NCBI GenBank assembly: GCA_020847635.1
Contig: JADLBQ010000051.1
Location: 2,975 to 66,974, forward strand
Length of the DNA: 64,000 bases
Source of the DNA: Bacteroidia bacterium
Lineage (GTDB): Bacteria > Bacteroidota > Bacteroidia > AKYH767-A > OLB10
Reading direction: 5' to 3'
Part shown: one piece after another, positions 38,594-47,734 of the stretch
How positions within the stretch are numbered: position 1 is the first letter of the stretch
Layout: every line of letters begins with the position of its first letter
Notes under the pieces: generated by a model
What the model was told of the DNA's origin: nothing
The model's input: only the letters and a program-made list of their open reading frames with translations
Database searches by the model: none
Made by a program: the position numbers and the translations under genes

Positions 38594-40768
38594 TCAATAA
38601 AACCAAAGTGCTACTTTACGTAACCAGGAAATTTTCTCATCTCCTGATTGGGTATTTTTTATTTGTCTTACAGTACCCTTGTCTTTTTTACTTGTTTTAA
38701 AGGATCGGGGTAAGATTATTCTGGTGGTATAGATATGTTCCAACCTGAAGATGGTTCTCCACCTGTGAACTGCCTGGCTGGTGTTGTCTGCATTTTCACC
38801 TGCAATAAATCCGATTTCAGACATCCTCAAAAGTGGCAGGGTCATGAGATCTTCAACTGAGGGCGAAACAAGTAATATGATATCAAAATTCTCCCTTGTC
38901 AAACAAATCAGCTCATCCAGCTTACCTACAAGGAATAAAGGATGGAATTCCATCCGGTTTGCCCCCAGATGGACAACTGAAAGGCGGCTTTCTGATGTTT
39001 CACTAACTGATGCTTCCAGTTCCTGATCACTTATAAGAACATCTGTTAAAGGGAGCGTTTGCGACAAACCAAATACCTTTAAAAAGGTCTTGAGGTCTTT
39101 TTCACAATCAACCAGCAACACCCTGTTCCCTAAAACTGTTAATTGCTTTGCCAATTCATTTGTGGCAATGAGAATACTTTTCTTATCTGAATTGCAGATT
39201 GTGATGATTTGGGTTTTCTTGCCAGAATTCAGCATTTTTATGTCAGATGCCCATTGTGCAAACTGATTTTCCGGAGTTACTCTTTTTTTATAATCAATGA
39301 CAGCAAATGAATATTCACCCGGTTCTCTGCTTATCACTGCCTGAACTGGAGCTTGGGTGCTTCGGGTTCTCATTCTGATTATGAAACCCGATATCAGCAA
39401 ACCGGAAATCAATGCGAATATCCACACTGATGCTTCATCAGGATGATCTGTTCTTAACGGAATCTGAGCAGAAATAACATCTGGTCTATCTATAATTAAT
39501 GCTTTCTTTTCGAGTAATAAATGATACTTTTTTACAGCCAGATCTCGTGCTACTGATGAAACTTCCTCCTTAATCTCAGGCTGCTGAAGGTATCCTGAAT
39601 TTGAAACTGTGGCAATCATCCTTCCTGTTTCTTCAAGTTGGAGCGCAACTGATTTACGGGTATTTCGGAGCCCTTCGGTAAGTGAATTTTTAAGAAATTC
39701 TGCTTCTGTTTCCAGCCTCTGTTTCTCTTGTTGACTCTGCGTATTTTGAATCTGATGAATTAATTTATTCAGCGAAGTAATATACTCGGCAAATACCGGA
39801 TCAGAAAGAACTCCGAATTCAGGAACGGCATTTCCATCTGTTCTGTTTTGTCTTAAATAGTGATGAAGATTATCCAATTCAGAAAGTCTGAGTTTTAATT
39901 CGTTCCGTTTATCCACTAATGAGATCAATTGCGCATGGCTGATATTGTACGGATACTGAGTCTGATTGGCTGAAAACAAGGGTACAGATAAGGTGCCCAT
40001 CTGTTCAACCACTTTATTAAGTTGTTTCTCTAATTTTTGATTTTCACTTTCATAGGACACCGATGCCAGCTTATTAGCTAGGGCATCAGCAATTGCTTTT
40101 GCCTTTTGTGGATCGGAATAATTAACCGTAATAACAGTTGAAGTATTATTTTTAGATTCAACAGAAACATGATGTGCAAGTAAGTGTTCAGAATAAGCTT
40201 GTGGAGAATATATTCTGACAAGGACAGGCTTCCCGTTAAAATCTTTTTTCTGAAACGGGAGAAGATTCTTATTCCTCTCTATCTTTATATTTAATTCAAT
40301 CTCATTAACCTGTTGCCCTCCTTTTACAATCCGGATTCTCTTTATTCCTCCAAATGAATAAGTTAACTTAAATGTATTTTCATTCTCCATCAGAATGCTG
40401 AAATCCTGTTTATCAAAAGACTTACTTTTTATTGTATAACCGACAACAAATGGAATTTCGTTACAAATAATCCTCTCACCTGTTAAATTTGGCTGATAAT
40501 ATTCAATATTCCAGTGATTGGCTTTGGTAAGTTCAGTCAAATAACCCGCTAATTCCGGTGAGTAAGATGGCTGGGTTAACGAGTTTGTCAGCCAACCAGC
40601 CACTGGAATTTGGTTTTCAACCATTGAACCGTCAACGGAAGCTACAGAACTTGTTTTGAACTGATATTCAGTAAAATAATTGATTTTTACTGCAATTAAT
40701 GAAGCAAGTACCATTATAAATATAAAGGCAGCAGCATTGGAATAAAGTTTCTTTTTGGGCATTCCCAT
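38594..40768 (-). CDS. polysaccharide co-polymerase (Wzz/Wzc, PCP-2a architecture) with degenerate BY-kinase domain
   Basis: 724 aa: TM1, a roughly 400-aa periplasmic coiled-coil region, TM2 (VWIFALISGLLISGFIIRM), then a cytoplasmic domain collinear with Wzc kinases. Walker A reads ICNSDKKS, Walker B reads IILLVSPS, and there is no C-terminal Tyr cluster. Confidence 0.7.
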   Translation of the reverse strand: MGMPKKKLYSNAAAFIFIMVLASLIAVKINYFTEYQFKTSSVASVDGSMVENQIPVAGWLTNSLTQPSYSPELAGYLTELTKANHWNIEYYQPNLTGERIICNEIPFVVGYTIKSKSFDKQDFSILMENENTFKLTYSFGGIKRIRIVKGGQQVNEIELNIKIERNKNLLPFQKKDFNGKPVLVRIYSPQAYSEHLLAHHVSVESKNNTSTVITVNYSDPQKAKAIADALANKLASVSYESENQKLEKQLNKVVEQMGTLSVPLFSANQTQYPYNISHAQLISLVDKRNELKLRLSELDNLHHYLRQNRTDGNAVPEFGVLSDPVFAEYITSLNKLIHQIQNTQSQQEKQRLETEAEFLKNSLTEGLRNTRKSVALQLEETGRMIATVSNSGYLQQPEIKEEVSSVARDLAVKKYHLLLEKKALIIDRPDVISAQIPLRTDHPDEASVWIFALISGLLISGFIIRMRTRSTQAPVQAVISREPGEYSFAVIDYKKRVTPENQFAQWASDIKMLNSGKKTQIITICNSDKKSILIATNELAKQLTVLGNRVLLVDCEKDLKTFLKVFGLSQTLPLTDVLISDQELEASVSETSESRLSVVHLGANRMEFHPLFLVGKLDELICLTRENFDIILLVSPSVEDLMTLPLLRMSEIGFIAGENADNTSQAVHRWRTIFRLEHIYTTRIILPRSFKTSKKDKGTVRQIKNTQSGDEKISWLRKVALWFY

Positions 40769-40891
40769 GGAAGGTGAATTTGGTTTATTGGTTTAAACTG
40801 ATTTTTCAGAAAATGGTTGCACTTCAGTGATAATCAGGTCAAAGTTTATTGATTGATTTGCAGCTGACTCTCTTCAACCTGTTTATTGATT

Positions 40892-41203
40892 ATGACTGAA
40901 AAAATTCCTGCTGAAATAATAAATCACCCCTTGGTTTTAATTGATTTCTATGCTGACTGGTGTGAGCCTTGCAAAATTCTGGATCCCATTCTGGATGAAG
41001 TAAAAAAGAGAATGGGGCATGGATTCTCGGTTTATAAAATAAATATTGATCGGGCAACATCCCTGGCCGGACACTATTCAATTAAGAGTGTACCGGTATT
41101 AATGCTTTTTAAAAACGGGGAGCCGGTCTGGAGAATGAATGGATTTATGCTTGCCGATGAGCTTATTCAAGAGTTCAGGAAATTTTCCGTTCACAGGAAT
41201 TGA
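40892..41203 (+). CDS. trxA: thioredoxin
   Basis: About 103 aa with the WCEPCK active site. Confidence 0.9.
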   Translation: MTEKIPAEIINHPLVLIDFYADWCEPCKILDPILDEVKKRMGHGFSVYKINIDRATSLAGHYSIKSVPVLMLFKNGEPVWRMNGFMLADELIQEFRKFSVHRN

Positions 41204-41212
41204 TGGCATCCG

Positions 41213-41243
41213 ATAAAAAAAGGCGATGAATAATCATCGCCTT
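41213..41243 (-). terminator. rho-independent terminator downstream of tRNA-Asn (may also stop convergent trx transcription)
   Basis: AAGGCGATGA-ATAA-TCATCGCCTT 10-bp stem. On the minus strand it is followed by a T-run (plus-strand A-run 41213-41219). Confidence 0.75.
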
Positions 41244-41244
41244 G

Positions 41245-41318
41245 CTCCCCCTGCTGGACTTGAACCAGCGACCCTCTGATTAACAGTCAGATGCTCTAAC
41301 CAGCTGAGCTAAGGAGGA
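41245..41318 (-). tRNA. tRNA-Asn(GTT)
   Basis: The reverse complement folds with acceptor TCCTCCT/AGGGGGA, anticodon arm TCTGA-CTGTTAA-TCAGA and T loop TTCAAGT. Confidence 0.9.
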
Positions 41319-41371
41319 ATCTATTATTTCGAGGCAAATCAATTAAATTTATCCCCTACTGAAAAGGAGTG

Positions 41372-41379
41372 CAAATGTA
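41372..41379 (-). promoter_or_regulatory. -7 promoter box (TACATTTG on minus strand) upstream of tRNA-Asn
   Basis: Plus-strand CAAATGTA lies 54 nt upstream of the tRNA 5' end and is preceded on the minus strand by an A9 tract. Confidence 0.35.
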
Positions 41380-41409
41380 ATTTTTTTTTGACAATGAAAA
41401 ACGGATTGC

Positions 41410-41781
41410 CTATTTACTGAAATAAGGGATAGAATCATCTGAAAATGAATCTTCCTGATTCCAGAACGATAAAGTAACAACCTTCCCGCTTGAAGTTCGG
41501 AGTAGCCTGCCAAACACTGCATTAACAGCATTAAAAGATAAATCAGTTACCCCGAGTGTAAATTTTTCTGCTTTAGCAGGCAGGTCGCTCTCTGTGGAAG
41601 TTTCAGTATTTGCGGCTTTTGCTGTGTTCGGAGCTACTGCTTTTATGAGAACTGTTTTATAGCCGTTTGCATCCAGCAGGTTTTTCAGGAAATGAGCACG
41701 ATCAATGGGAATATCCTTTTCTACGATACTACACTTAACCCCATCCAAGTCGCCAAATTCATGATTCTTATTTATTGCCAT
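41410..41781 (-). CDS. hypothetical protein
   Basis: 123 aa, two short globular-looking halves joined by an Ala/Thr/Glu-rich linker. No motif recognised. Confidence 0.5.
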   Translation of the reverse strand: MAINKNHEFGDLDGVKCSIVEKDIPIDRAHFLKNLLDANGYKTVLIKAVAPNTAKAANTETSTESDLPAKAEKFTLGVTDLSFNAVNAVFGRLLRTSSGKVVTLSFWNQEDSFSDDSIPYFSK

Positions 41782-41973
41782 CTGGACTCTAGCTCAACTG
41801 CAAATATGAGAAGAAATCGGAATCAAATTCCGGTTTAGGCAGCATTGTTCCTGGTCAGGATATCTTTGACTCAAGTTGTATAAAGTAATAAATCATCAGC
41901 TGTTACAGGTATTCGGGTAATTTTAGATTTATTTTCTGGAACTTTTCATTACAGTCTCTTTAAATAGTACTCC

Positions 41974-42010
41974 AAAAAAGAAGGCTGCCTGAAAGTCAGG
42001 CAGCCTTCTT
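41974..42010 (-). terminator. rho-independent terminator of the large T9SS cargo gene
   Basis: Perfect 15-bp stem AAGAAGGCTGCCTGA-AAG-TCAGGCAGCCTTCTT (41978-42010). On the minus strand it is followed by a T-run, 16 nt after the stop. Confidence 0.9.
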
Positions 42011-42025
42011 AAAAAATTGAAAATT

Positions 42026-45000
42026 TTATTCAATTACCAGTCTTGATTTTTCAATGCTGTCTTTTGACTTAAGCATGATCAGGTACATTCCCTTGGCATA
42101 GTTGCTTAAATCCATTTCAACAACATTGGTTCCAGCCTGAGCAGTAATAACTGTCATCAATACGATCCGTCCGCTTACATCTTGCAGGCTCATTGCATAA
42201 TCTCCATTTTCAGCAGCATTAAATGCCATTGTTGCATTTGTACTGGCAGGATTCGGATAAACAGTCAATGAGCTTATTCCTGCCTGTTCTGATTCCTGGT
42301 TGCTGAGGCGACATCCGGGAGTGTAGGTTAGGGTCCGGGATCCGCTCTGACCACAACTATTCAGTGCTTTTACAATTAGGACTCCGCTCCCTACTCCCCA
42401 TGTTACATCAATTGTAGTAGTTCCCTGACCATTATCAAGTGTCGTTCCATTGGCCGGTACTGTCCATTGATAACTTGTGGCTCCGGTCACCGGTGTGGTT
42501 TCAAATTGACCAGGATCTAAATTACAAGGCGGGAATATTGATGATATGATTCCAGGGGTTGCCGGAGAACCTTTTACATTAAGTGTTCTGGGATTACTTT
42601 CAACCAAACATCCGGAAGCTTGAGCTGTAACGCTAATCTGTCCATTCACAAAATTATTCGGAAACTGCAAATTGATTGAATTAAACCCATCAAGCGTATT
42701 GTTGGTTACACCTGCAGGCCAAGTCCAATTATATATAACTCCGGATACCGGTGATACAGAATAGGTGTATGGGCCGTCACAGGCACTGGTTGTTATTCCA
42801 CTAATAGCTCCTGGCGTTGAAGGTACCAGGCTGCTGATTGTCTTCTGGCTTTGGCTGCTGTTTACTAAACAGATTCCTGCAGTACTGACAGATACACTGG
42901 CATTCGAAAAATTAACGGGTGTAGCATTAAATTCAACTGTTATGCTATTGGTGCCGGCACCACTGTTTATCGTTGCGTTAGCAGGTACAGTCCAGTTGTA
43001 TGTACTTGCACCATTAACCAAAGGAACAGAATAGGTATAAGTCTGACCAGGACAAATTTTACCTGGACCAGATGGTACTGCAGGTGGTATCGGGGCATTA
43101 CTTATCGTCATTGTACGGGCCGCACTCATGGAAGATCCAAGACAAGATAAGGCTGATTTAACAGATAATGTTCCGGCAGTGAAGGTTGGGAAATCAATCG
43201 TTACCTGGCTATTTAACGGTGGGTCTAATGAAGTTATAATAGCTCCCGGAACACTAAAACTCCATACAAAAGTTTCTACTCCATCAGGTAGCGGAGTTGC
43301 TACACTATATTCCTGATTTGATGCCTGAGAGCATTGAACAACTGAACCTATAATTCCAGCAGGCACTGATACTAACCCCCTTACAAAAGTACAGCGGTTA
43401 TTTGTTACTCCGCAACCATTCTCTCCCTGGACACAAATATTATATCCGGATGACCATTGACTGAGAGTATTGAACTGTGCATAAACCTGTGCTGTTGTGG
43501 TTTTGAATGGACCTGCAACAAACGGGCCGTTAACATTATCACTGAATAACACTTCAGATGAATTTGAACCTGTATTCCATGAGTATTCAATATTTTCACC
43601 ATTAACTACATTGCTTGTAATCAGCGAAATATTACCTGAACAAGAACTTACAGGTGCAGTTGGTTCCTTAACTGTATTTTGCGGCCCAAATGTGCTTACT
43701 TTGAATACAGCTGATCCACTTCCGCTTCCGACACAATTAGCATCACTTAATGCTGAAATTGAATAAGTTTTTATTCCGCTTGTAACAGGAGTAACTGATA
43801 CATTCTCGGTTGCATTTATTGCCGTTCCGTTAAAAGGACCACCATCTCCGCTGATGGTGTATGACCAGGGCCCCGTACCGGTAAAATTAAGTGCAACTGT
43901 TCCTGAATTACCTAAGCATAAGTTACCGGTACCGGTCAAGATAGCTGTAGGTAATGCCTTTACAGTTACAAGTTCTGTAGCAGATGCACTGCATCCATTC
44001 AGATCTGTAACTATAACACTGTACGATCCGCTTGAATTAAAGGTATTTGTTGCCGCTCCGGGTGTTACTCCGCCATTCCATTGATAGGAATTACCCCCTG
44101 AGGCAGTGAGTATAACTTCACCACATCCCGTTGATGAACCACTAATGCTTGCAACCGGCAGACTGTTTACCGTTACTATTTCTGATGCCGTAGATGAACA
44201 TCCGTTGCCATCCGTTACGGTTACCGCATAGTTTCCTGTTGTTGTAACTGTGATCATCTGATTGGTTGATCCTGTACTCCATAACCAGCTTGCACCGGCT
44301 GAAGCATCAAGATTGACACTGCCTCCGTCACAGAAGGTCGTGCTGCCTGAAGGTGTGATGGTAACAACCGGTAATGCATTTACCGTTATGTTAATTATTG
44401 ATGATTCCGAACATCCGTTATTGTCAGTTACTGTGATGGTGTAGGTACCGCTTTCAGCCAGTGAGATATTACTGATTGAAGGGTTCTCACTGTTATTGCT
44501 AAAGCCATTTGGACCACTCCAGCTGTAACTATAGCCTGGTGTTCCTCCCGATGCATTGGAATAAAGATAAATGGTTTCCCCTACACATGTTCCGCCATTC
44601 ATTGACGGACTCACAACCAATTGGGTTGGCTCTGTAATTGTTACTCCCAGATCGGGATCACTTTGACAACCATTATCAGCCCACACACTGACATTGAATG
44701 ATCCGGCACTTAAATTCGAAATTGTTGTCGTATTGGCATAATCCGATCCAAAACCCCAGTCAAAGGTAAACGGCCCCACACCACTGCTTCCGACTTCAAC
44801 CTCACCATCACCAGCTCCGAAGCAACTCACATTTGTCTGATTAATGATATAAGGTACCGGCCGTGCATCCACAGTCACATTGACGAATGTTGAAGCAGTA
44901 CACAGGAATGTATTTGTAACTGTGACGGTATAGGTTCCGGCATGAGCTGACTGTGCATTCCCGGATACAACCGGATTTTGTAATGTACTGTTAAATCCAT

Positions 45001-46699
45001 TTGGGCCACTCCATTGGTAGCTGCTATATGCATCTACTCCAACAGTTAATTGCTCACCAGTACAAATCGGAGCATTGGTTGTTGCCGTGGGTGCTGGAGT
45101 CGGCAAAACATCCATGACCAGGTTACCTGTATTACTGCATCCTTGTGACGAATTACTCACATCCAGATGAAAAGTAATTGCAGAACTAATTGATTCTATA
45201 AATTGAGAAGCACTACTTGTAAATCCGGCAGGTGTGGAAGTCCATGAGTAGGTTAATCCGTTATCATCAACAAAACTGATTTCCCAGTTGAGTAGTGTTC
45301 CTATATCAAAACCTGCTCTGTCTGAAACATTTAATCCCCATGTTCCGTTTGGATTTTTTCCATTAAAATTACTAAATGGATTCTCAGGCGCAAATGTTCC
45401 GGTAAAGGGTGCTGAACCTGATGCTATAGGAGTACCACCGGTTTTAATTATGGTGTTAGTGAAATTATTTCCACTGCCGCCTCTCCTGTTCACCAATACC
45501 AGCTCAGAAGCATCTGGAGCAATCAATTTAATAATCAAGTTCCCATCCCAGGTATGATTTATATTAAACTTGACTTCATGAATCCGTACAGTTGTATTGT
45601 TCAAGGATGATGAAAAACCTGATACTCCCACACTACTGGTTACTCCTGTAACATTATTATCAGGGACCGATAACGAAACAGTGCTCTTTGCTGAGCGAGA
45701 AACACCGCCTGCTACATTTGTTGAATAAGGTGCGCAACCACTGGTTACCGAAGCTGTTGGTTCAACATTAATTCTTGGGTAAGAACTTGCTGTTACAGCT
45801 GTTCTGACTGTGCTTCCACAACCGGTTACATTGTTAAGTGTGCTTGCATAAAATGTATAGCTTCCGGTAGCATTGATATTAACAACAGCACTTACTGCAT
45901 CAGCCAACAATAAATTTCCTCCTGTAGGAGCATCCCACCAGTTAATGGAATTACCCCCGGTACCGGGTGTTGCACTTATCGGTACAGTTCCTAAATCGCA
46001 AATACTTCCGCTGGTAGTAGTTGGGGCGGGTAGCGGAGCACAGGTTGTTAAAGATATTTCATCAAAGGCACCTGCAGGGTTTGTTCCAAGTAAATTATTA
46101 TCATTTCTCCATTGAAAGATCAATCGTTTGGTTGTACCTGCATTGGCTGCTGAAAGTTGGATAGTTACAATCTGATAAGTATTCTCACTATCATAGGCTC
46201 CACCCACCAAATAAGCAGCACTGATTTCTGTTCCTGCAGTAGGAGTTACCCCCGTTGGTGCCAGAAACACCTTGATATCATCATGACCAACTTCTCCCTT
46301 ACAACGCCATTTAAATGACAGGGTAATGTCGGTTTCACCTGCCGGAAAGGTTACATCCCTGTAAAAATGTTGTACACGTGCTGCAGAAGAAAAACCCCAC
46401 TTCGTATAATTATTATTTGATGCTGATGTCCCAACATACACTCCCCTGCTTCCTGCAGTTTTGGTATAGGTTCCTACATACCATTTGTTCCCAGATGCAC
46501 TTTGAACATCCGTCCAGCCATTAGCTGCAAAAGTAGATCCCAACTCAAAACCTCCATTTCCTGCCGGATTAATCAGCACTGTTTGTGCCTGCAGAACAGA
46601 TGCCCCAAAAAAAGAACCCATTATGAAGATAATGCCAAACAGGATTATCTTCACTACATTGCGGTAAAATTTACCTGTTGTGTTGTTTCTGTTTTTCAT
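42026..46699 (-). CDS. large secreted multidomain protein with T9SS type-A C-terminal sorting domain
   Basis: Start set at MKNRNN..FGASVLQAQ (signal peptide, ATG complement 46697-46699), giving about 1557 aa. Domains by eye: N-terminal GFELG..NGW lectin/CBM-like region; proprotein-convertase P-domain pattern (HTWDGNLIIKLIAPD...NPNGTWGLNVSD); SprB-type repeat (VSCFGAGDGEVEV); many Ig/PKD-like Cys-containing repeats (Y.WSGPNGF...GTYTVTVTD.NGC); C-terminal LTVYPNPAS...MYLIMLKS T9SS tail. Confidence 0.88.
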   Translation of the reverse strand: MKNRNNTTGKFYRNVVKIILFGIIFIMGSFFGASVLQAQTVLINPAGNGGFELGSTFAANGWTDVQSASGNKWYVGTYTKTAGSRGVYVGTSASNNNYTKWGFSSAARVQHFYRDVTFPAGETDITLSFKWRCKGEVGHDDIKVFLAPTGVTPTAGTEISAAYLVGGAYDSENTYQIVTIQLSAANAGTTKRLIFQWRNDNNLLGTNPAGAFDEISLTTCAPLPAPTTTSGSICDLGTVPISATPGTGGNSINWWDAPTGGNLLLADAVSAVVNINATGSYTFYASTLNNVTGCGSTVRTAVTASSYPRINVEPTASVTSGCAPYSTNVAGGVSRSAKSTVSLSVPDNNVTGVTSSVGVSGFSSSLNNTTVRIHEVKFNINHTWDGNLIIKLIAPDASELVLVNRRGGSGNNFTNTIIKTGGTPIASGSAPFTGTFAPENPFSNFNGKNPNGTWGLNVSDRAGFDIGTLLNWEISFVDDNGLTYSWTSTPAGFTSSASQFIESISSAITFHLDVSNSSQGCSNTGNLVMDVLPTPAPTATTNAPICTGEQLTVGVDAYSSYQWSGPNGFNSTLQNPVVSGNAQSAHAGTYTVTVTNTFLCTASTFVNVTVDARPVPYIINQTNVSCFGAGDGEVEVGSSGVGPFTFDWGFGSDYANTTTISNLSAGSFNVSVWADNGCQSDPDLGVTITEPTQLVVSPSMNGGTCVGETIYLYSNASGGTPGYSYSWSGPNGFSNNSENPSISNISLAESGTYTITVTDNNGCSESSIINITVNALPVVTITPSGSTTFCDGGSVNLDASAGASWLWSTGSTNQMITVTTTGNYAVTVTDGNGCSSTASEIVTVNSLPVASISGSSTGCGEVILTASGGNSYQWNGGVTPGAATNTFNSSGSYSVIVTDLNGCSASATELVTVKALPTAILTGTGNLCLGNSGTVALNFTGTGPWSYTISGDGGPFNGTAINATENVSVTPVTSGIKTYSISALSDANCVGSGSGSAVFKVSTFGPQNTVKEPTAPVSSCSGNISLITSNVVNGENIEYSWNTGSNSSEVLFSDNVNGPFVAGPFKTTTAQVYAQFNTLSQWSSGYNICVQGENGCGVTNNRCTFVRGLVSVPAGIIGSVVQCSQASNQEYSVATPLPDGVETFVWSFSVPGAIITSLDPPLNSQVTIDFPTFTAGTLSVKSALSCLGSSMSAARTMTISNAPIPPAVPSGPGKICPGQTYTYSVPLVNGASTYNWTVPANATINSGAGTNSITVEFNATPVNFSNASVSVSTAGICLVNSSQSQKTISSLVPSTPGAISGITTSACDGPYTYSVSPVSGVIYNWTWPAGVTNNTLDGFNSINLQFPNNFVNGQISVTAQASGCLVESNPRTLNVKGSPATPGIISSIFPPCNLDPGQFETTPVTGATSYQWTVPANGTTLDNGQGTTTIDVTWGVGSGVLIVKALNSCGQSGSRTLTYTPGCRLSNQESEQAGISSLTVYPNPASTNATMAFNAAENGDYAMSLQDVSGRIVLMTVITAQAGTNVVEMDLSNYAKGMYLIMLKSKDSIEKSRLVIE

Positions 46700-46847
46700 A
46701 ATTTTCAATTTTTTGAATGTAATTTTTGAATTTGTCTGCAAGTAAGGTTCATACTGTTTCGATTCTGTTGTTTTTTGGTGAATATTCAGGATTTTAGGGT
46801 TAAAAAACATTTAAGAGGGTTATGCTTATTGAAGCATTCCGGTAAGT

Positions 46848-46865
46848 CTAATACATTTGTATTAG
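46848..46865. repeat. 8+8 bp perfect inverted repeat CTAATACA-TT-TGTATTAG (candidate operator)
   Basis: Read directly in the divergent intergenic region between the T9SS cargo gene and the gene at 46966. It overlaps a TAcaTTTG box at 46852-46859. Confidence 0.35.
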
Positions 46866-46953
46866 CTGATATAACGGGCTAATTAACCGTATCTGGTTTA
46901 GCGTCTGATTTATGACCGTATTCCGCCATTTCAGCAGTTAACTGTATAAAGAA

Positions 46954-46961
46954 TATTTTTG
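46954..46961 (+). promoter_or_regulatory. -7 promoter box TATTTTTG
   Basis: Exact TAnnTTTG match ending 5 nt before ATG 46966. Confidence 0.45.
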
Positions 46962-46965
46962 CACT

Positions 46966-47334
46966 ATGGAGTTTTCTGATAGTGAAATTGAATGGATAAA
47001 ATCAAACTGGTTAAAACTGACCTTACTACTTGCTGATCAGTTTGAAGCAGAACCTGATCTGCAGGCAGTTATTTTTTTAATTGGGGTTCAGGAATTAGGG
47101 CGAGTTAAAAGAGATTTTTCCAAACAGGAAAAAATGGATTTAATGCACATTGCCACCTGTAAATTATTAAGCAGCTACGGGTATTATAAATTCAGTTGTT
47201 ATGACTCGGAAGGATGGCCTCATTATGAAAAAACATCCCTTATTCCTGCTCTGAGTATGAGGCAACAGGATTTAATGCTGAAGAAAGCTGTGATTGATTA
47301 TTTCAGTGTAAATAAAATTTTTACTCCAGGATAA
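46966..47334 (+). CDS. hypothetical protein
   Basis: 122 aa, cytoplasmic-looking, no motif recognised. Confidence 0.5.
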   Translation: MEFSDSEIEWIKSNWLKLTLLLADQFEAEPDLQAVIFLIGVQELGRVKRDFSKQEKMDLMHIATCKLLSSYGYYKFSCYDSEGWPHYEKTSLIPALSMRQQDLMLKKAVIDYFSVNKIFTPG

Positions 47335-47683
47335 TTGTTTTTTCAACAGTCTTGGATTGTTCCAGCCTCACATAGTCCTTCTTTGAAAGATTACCTTTCG
47401 ATACTTCGACAAAAAGGACTGCCTCCCATTTAAACGTAAATTCAGCTTTCCCGCTAATATCGGTTGTGGCTTCCTGGTAGATAATTGACTGGGCTCCGGT
47501 TGTAGGACTTTGAACACTGTCATTCCGAAGAATGACTCTTGCTCCGGCAACATTTCTTCCATCCGGGTCCACTACGGTAATAATGGCATTTGCCGGAGTT
47601 GTCTTTTTGCAGGATGAGCTTAGTGCTGTCAGTGAAATCATTATGATGATGAGTGACAGGAACCTAAATTTTATATTTTTCAT
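47321..47683 (-). CDS. small lipoprotein with carboxypeptidase-regulatory-like (Ig-like) fold
   Basis: Lipobox LSSSC. ITVVDPDGRNVAGARVIL resembles the CarboxypepD_reg-type beta-sandwich start. Confidence 0.55.
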   Translation of the reverse strand: MKNIKFRFLSLIIIMISLTALSSSCKKTTPANAIITVVDPDGRNVAGARVILRNDSVQSPTTGAQSIIYQEATTDISGKAEFTFKWEAVLFVEVSKGNLSKKDYVRLEQSKTVEKTIILE

Positions 47684-47720
47684 GATGCTTAATTAGTTAA
47701 CATTGCACAGTTTCAAACTT

Positions 47721-47728
47721 CAAAACTA
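47721..47728 (-). promoter_or_regulatory. -7 promoter box (TAGTTTTG on minus strand)
   Basis: Plus-strand CAAAACTA lies 38 nt upstream of the ATG at 47683. Confidence 0.3.
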
Positions 47729-47734
47729 AGATTT

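Noticed and set aside
41814-41836. Hairpin AAATCGGAAT-CAA-ATTCCGGTTT upstream of the 123-aa hypothetical gene
   Set aside because: It has a 10-bp stem with one G-U pair but no adjacent U-tract in either orientation. A much stronger terminator for the upstream gene lies at 41978-42010. The function is undetermined and it is probably incidental.
42765-46115. Multiple 60-89-aa plus-strand ORFs inside the large T9SS gene
   Set aside because: They are antisense to a continuous 1557-codon reading frame with recognisable domains. They arise from the repetitive Gly/Thr/Ser/Val codon usage.
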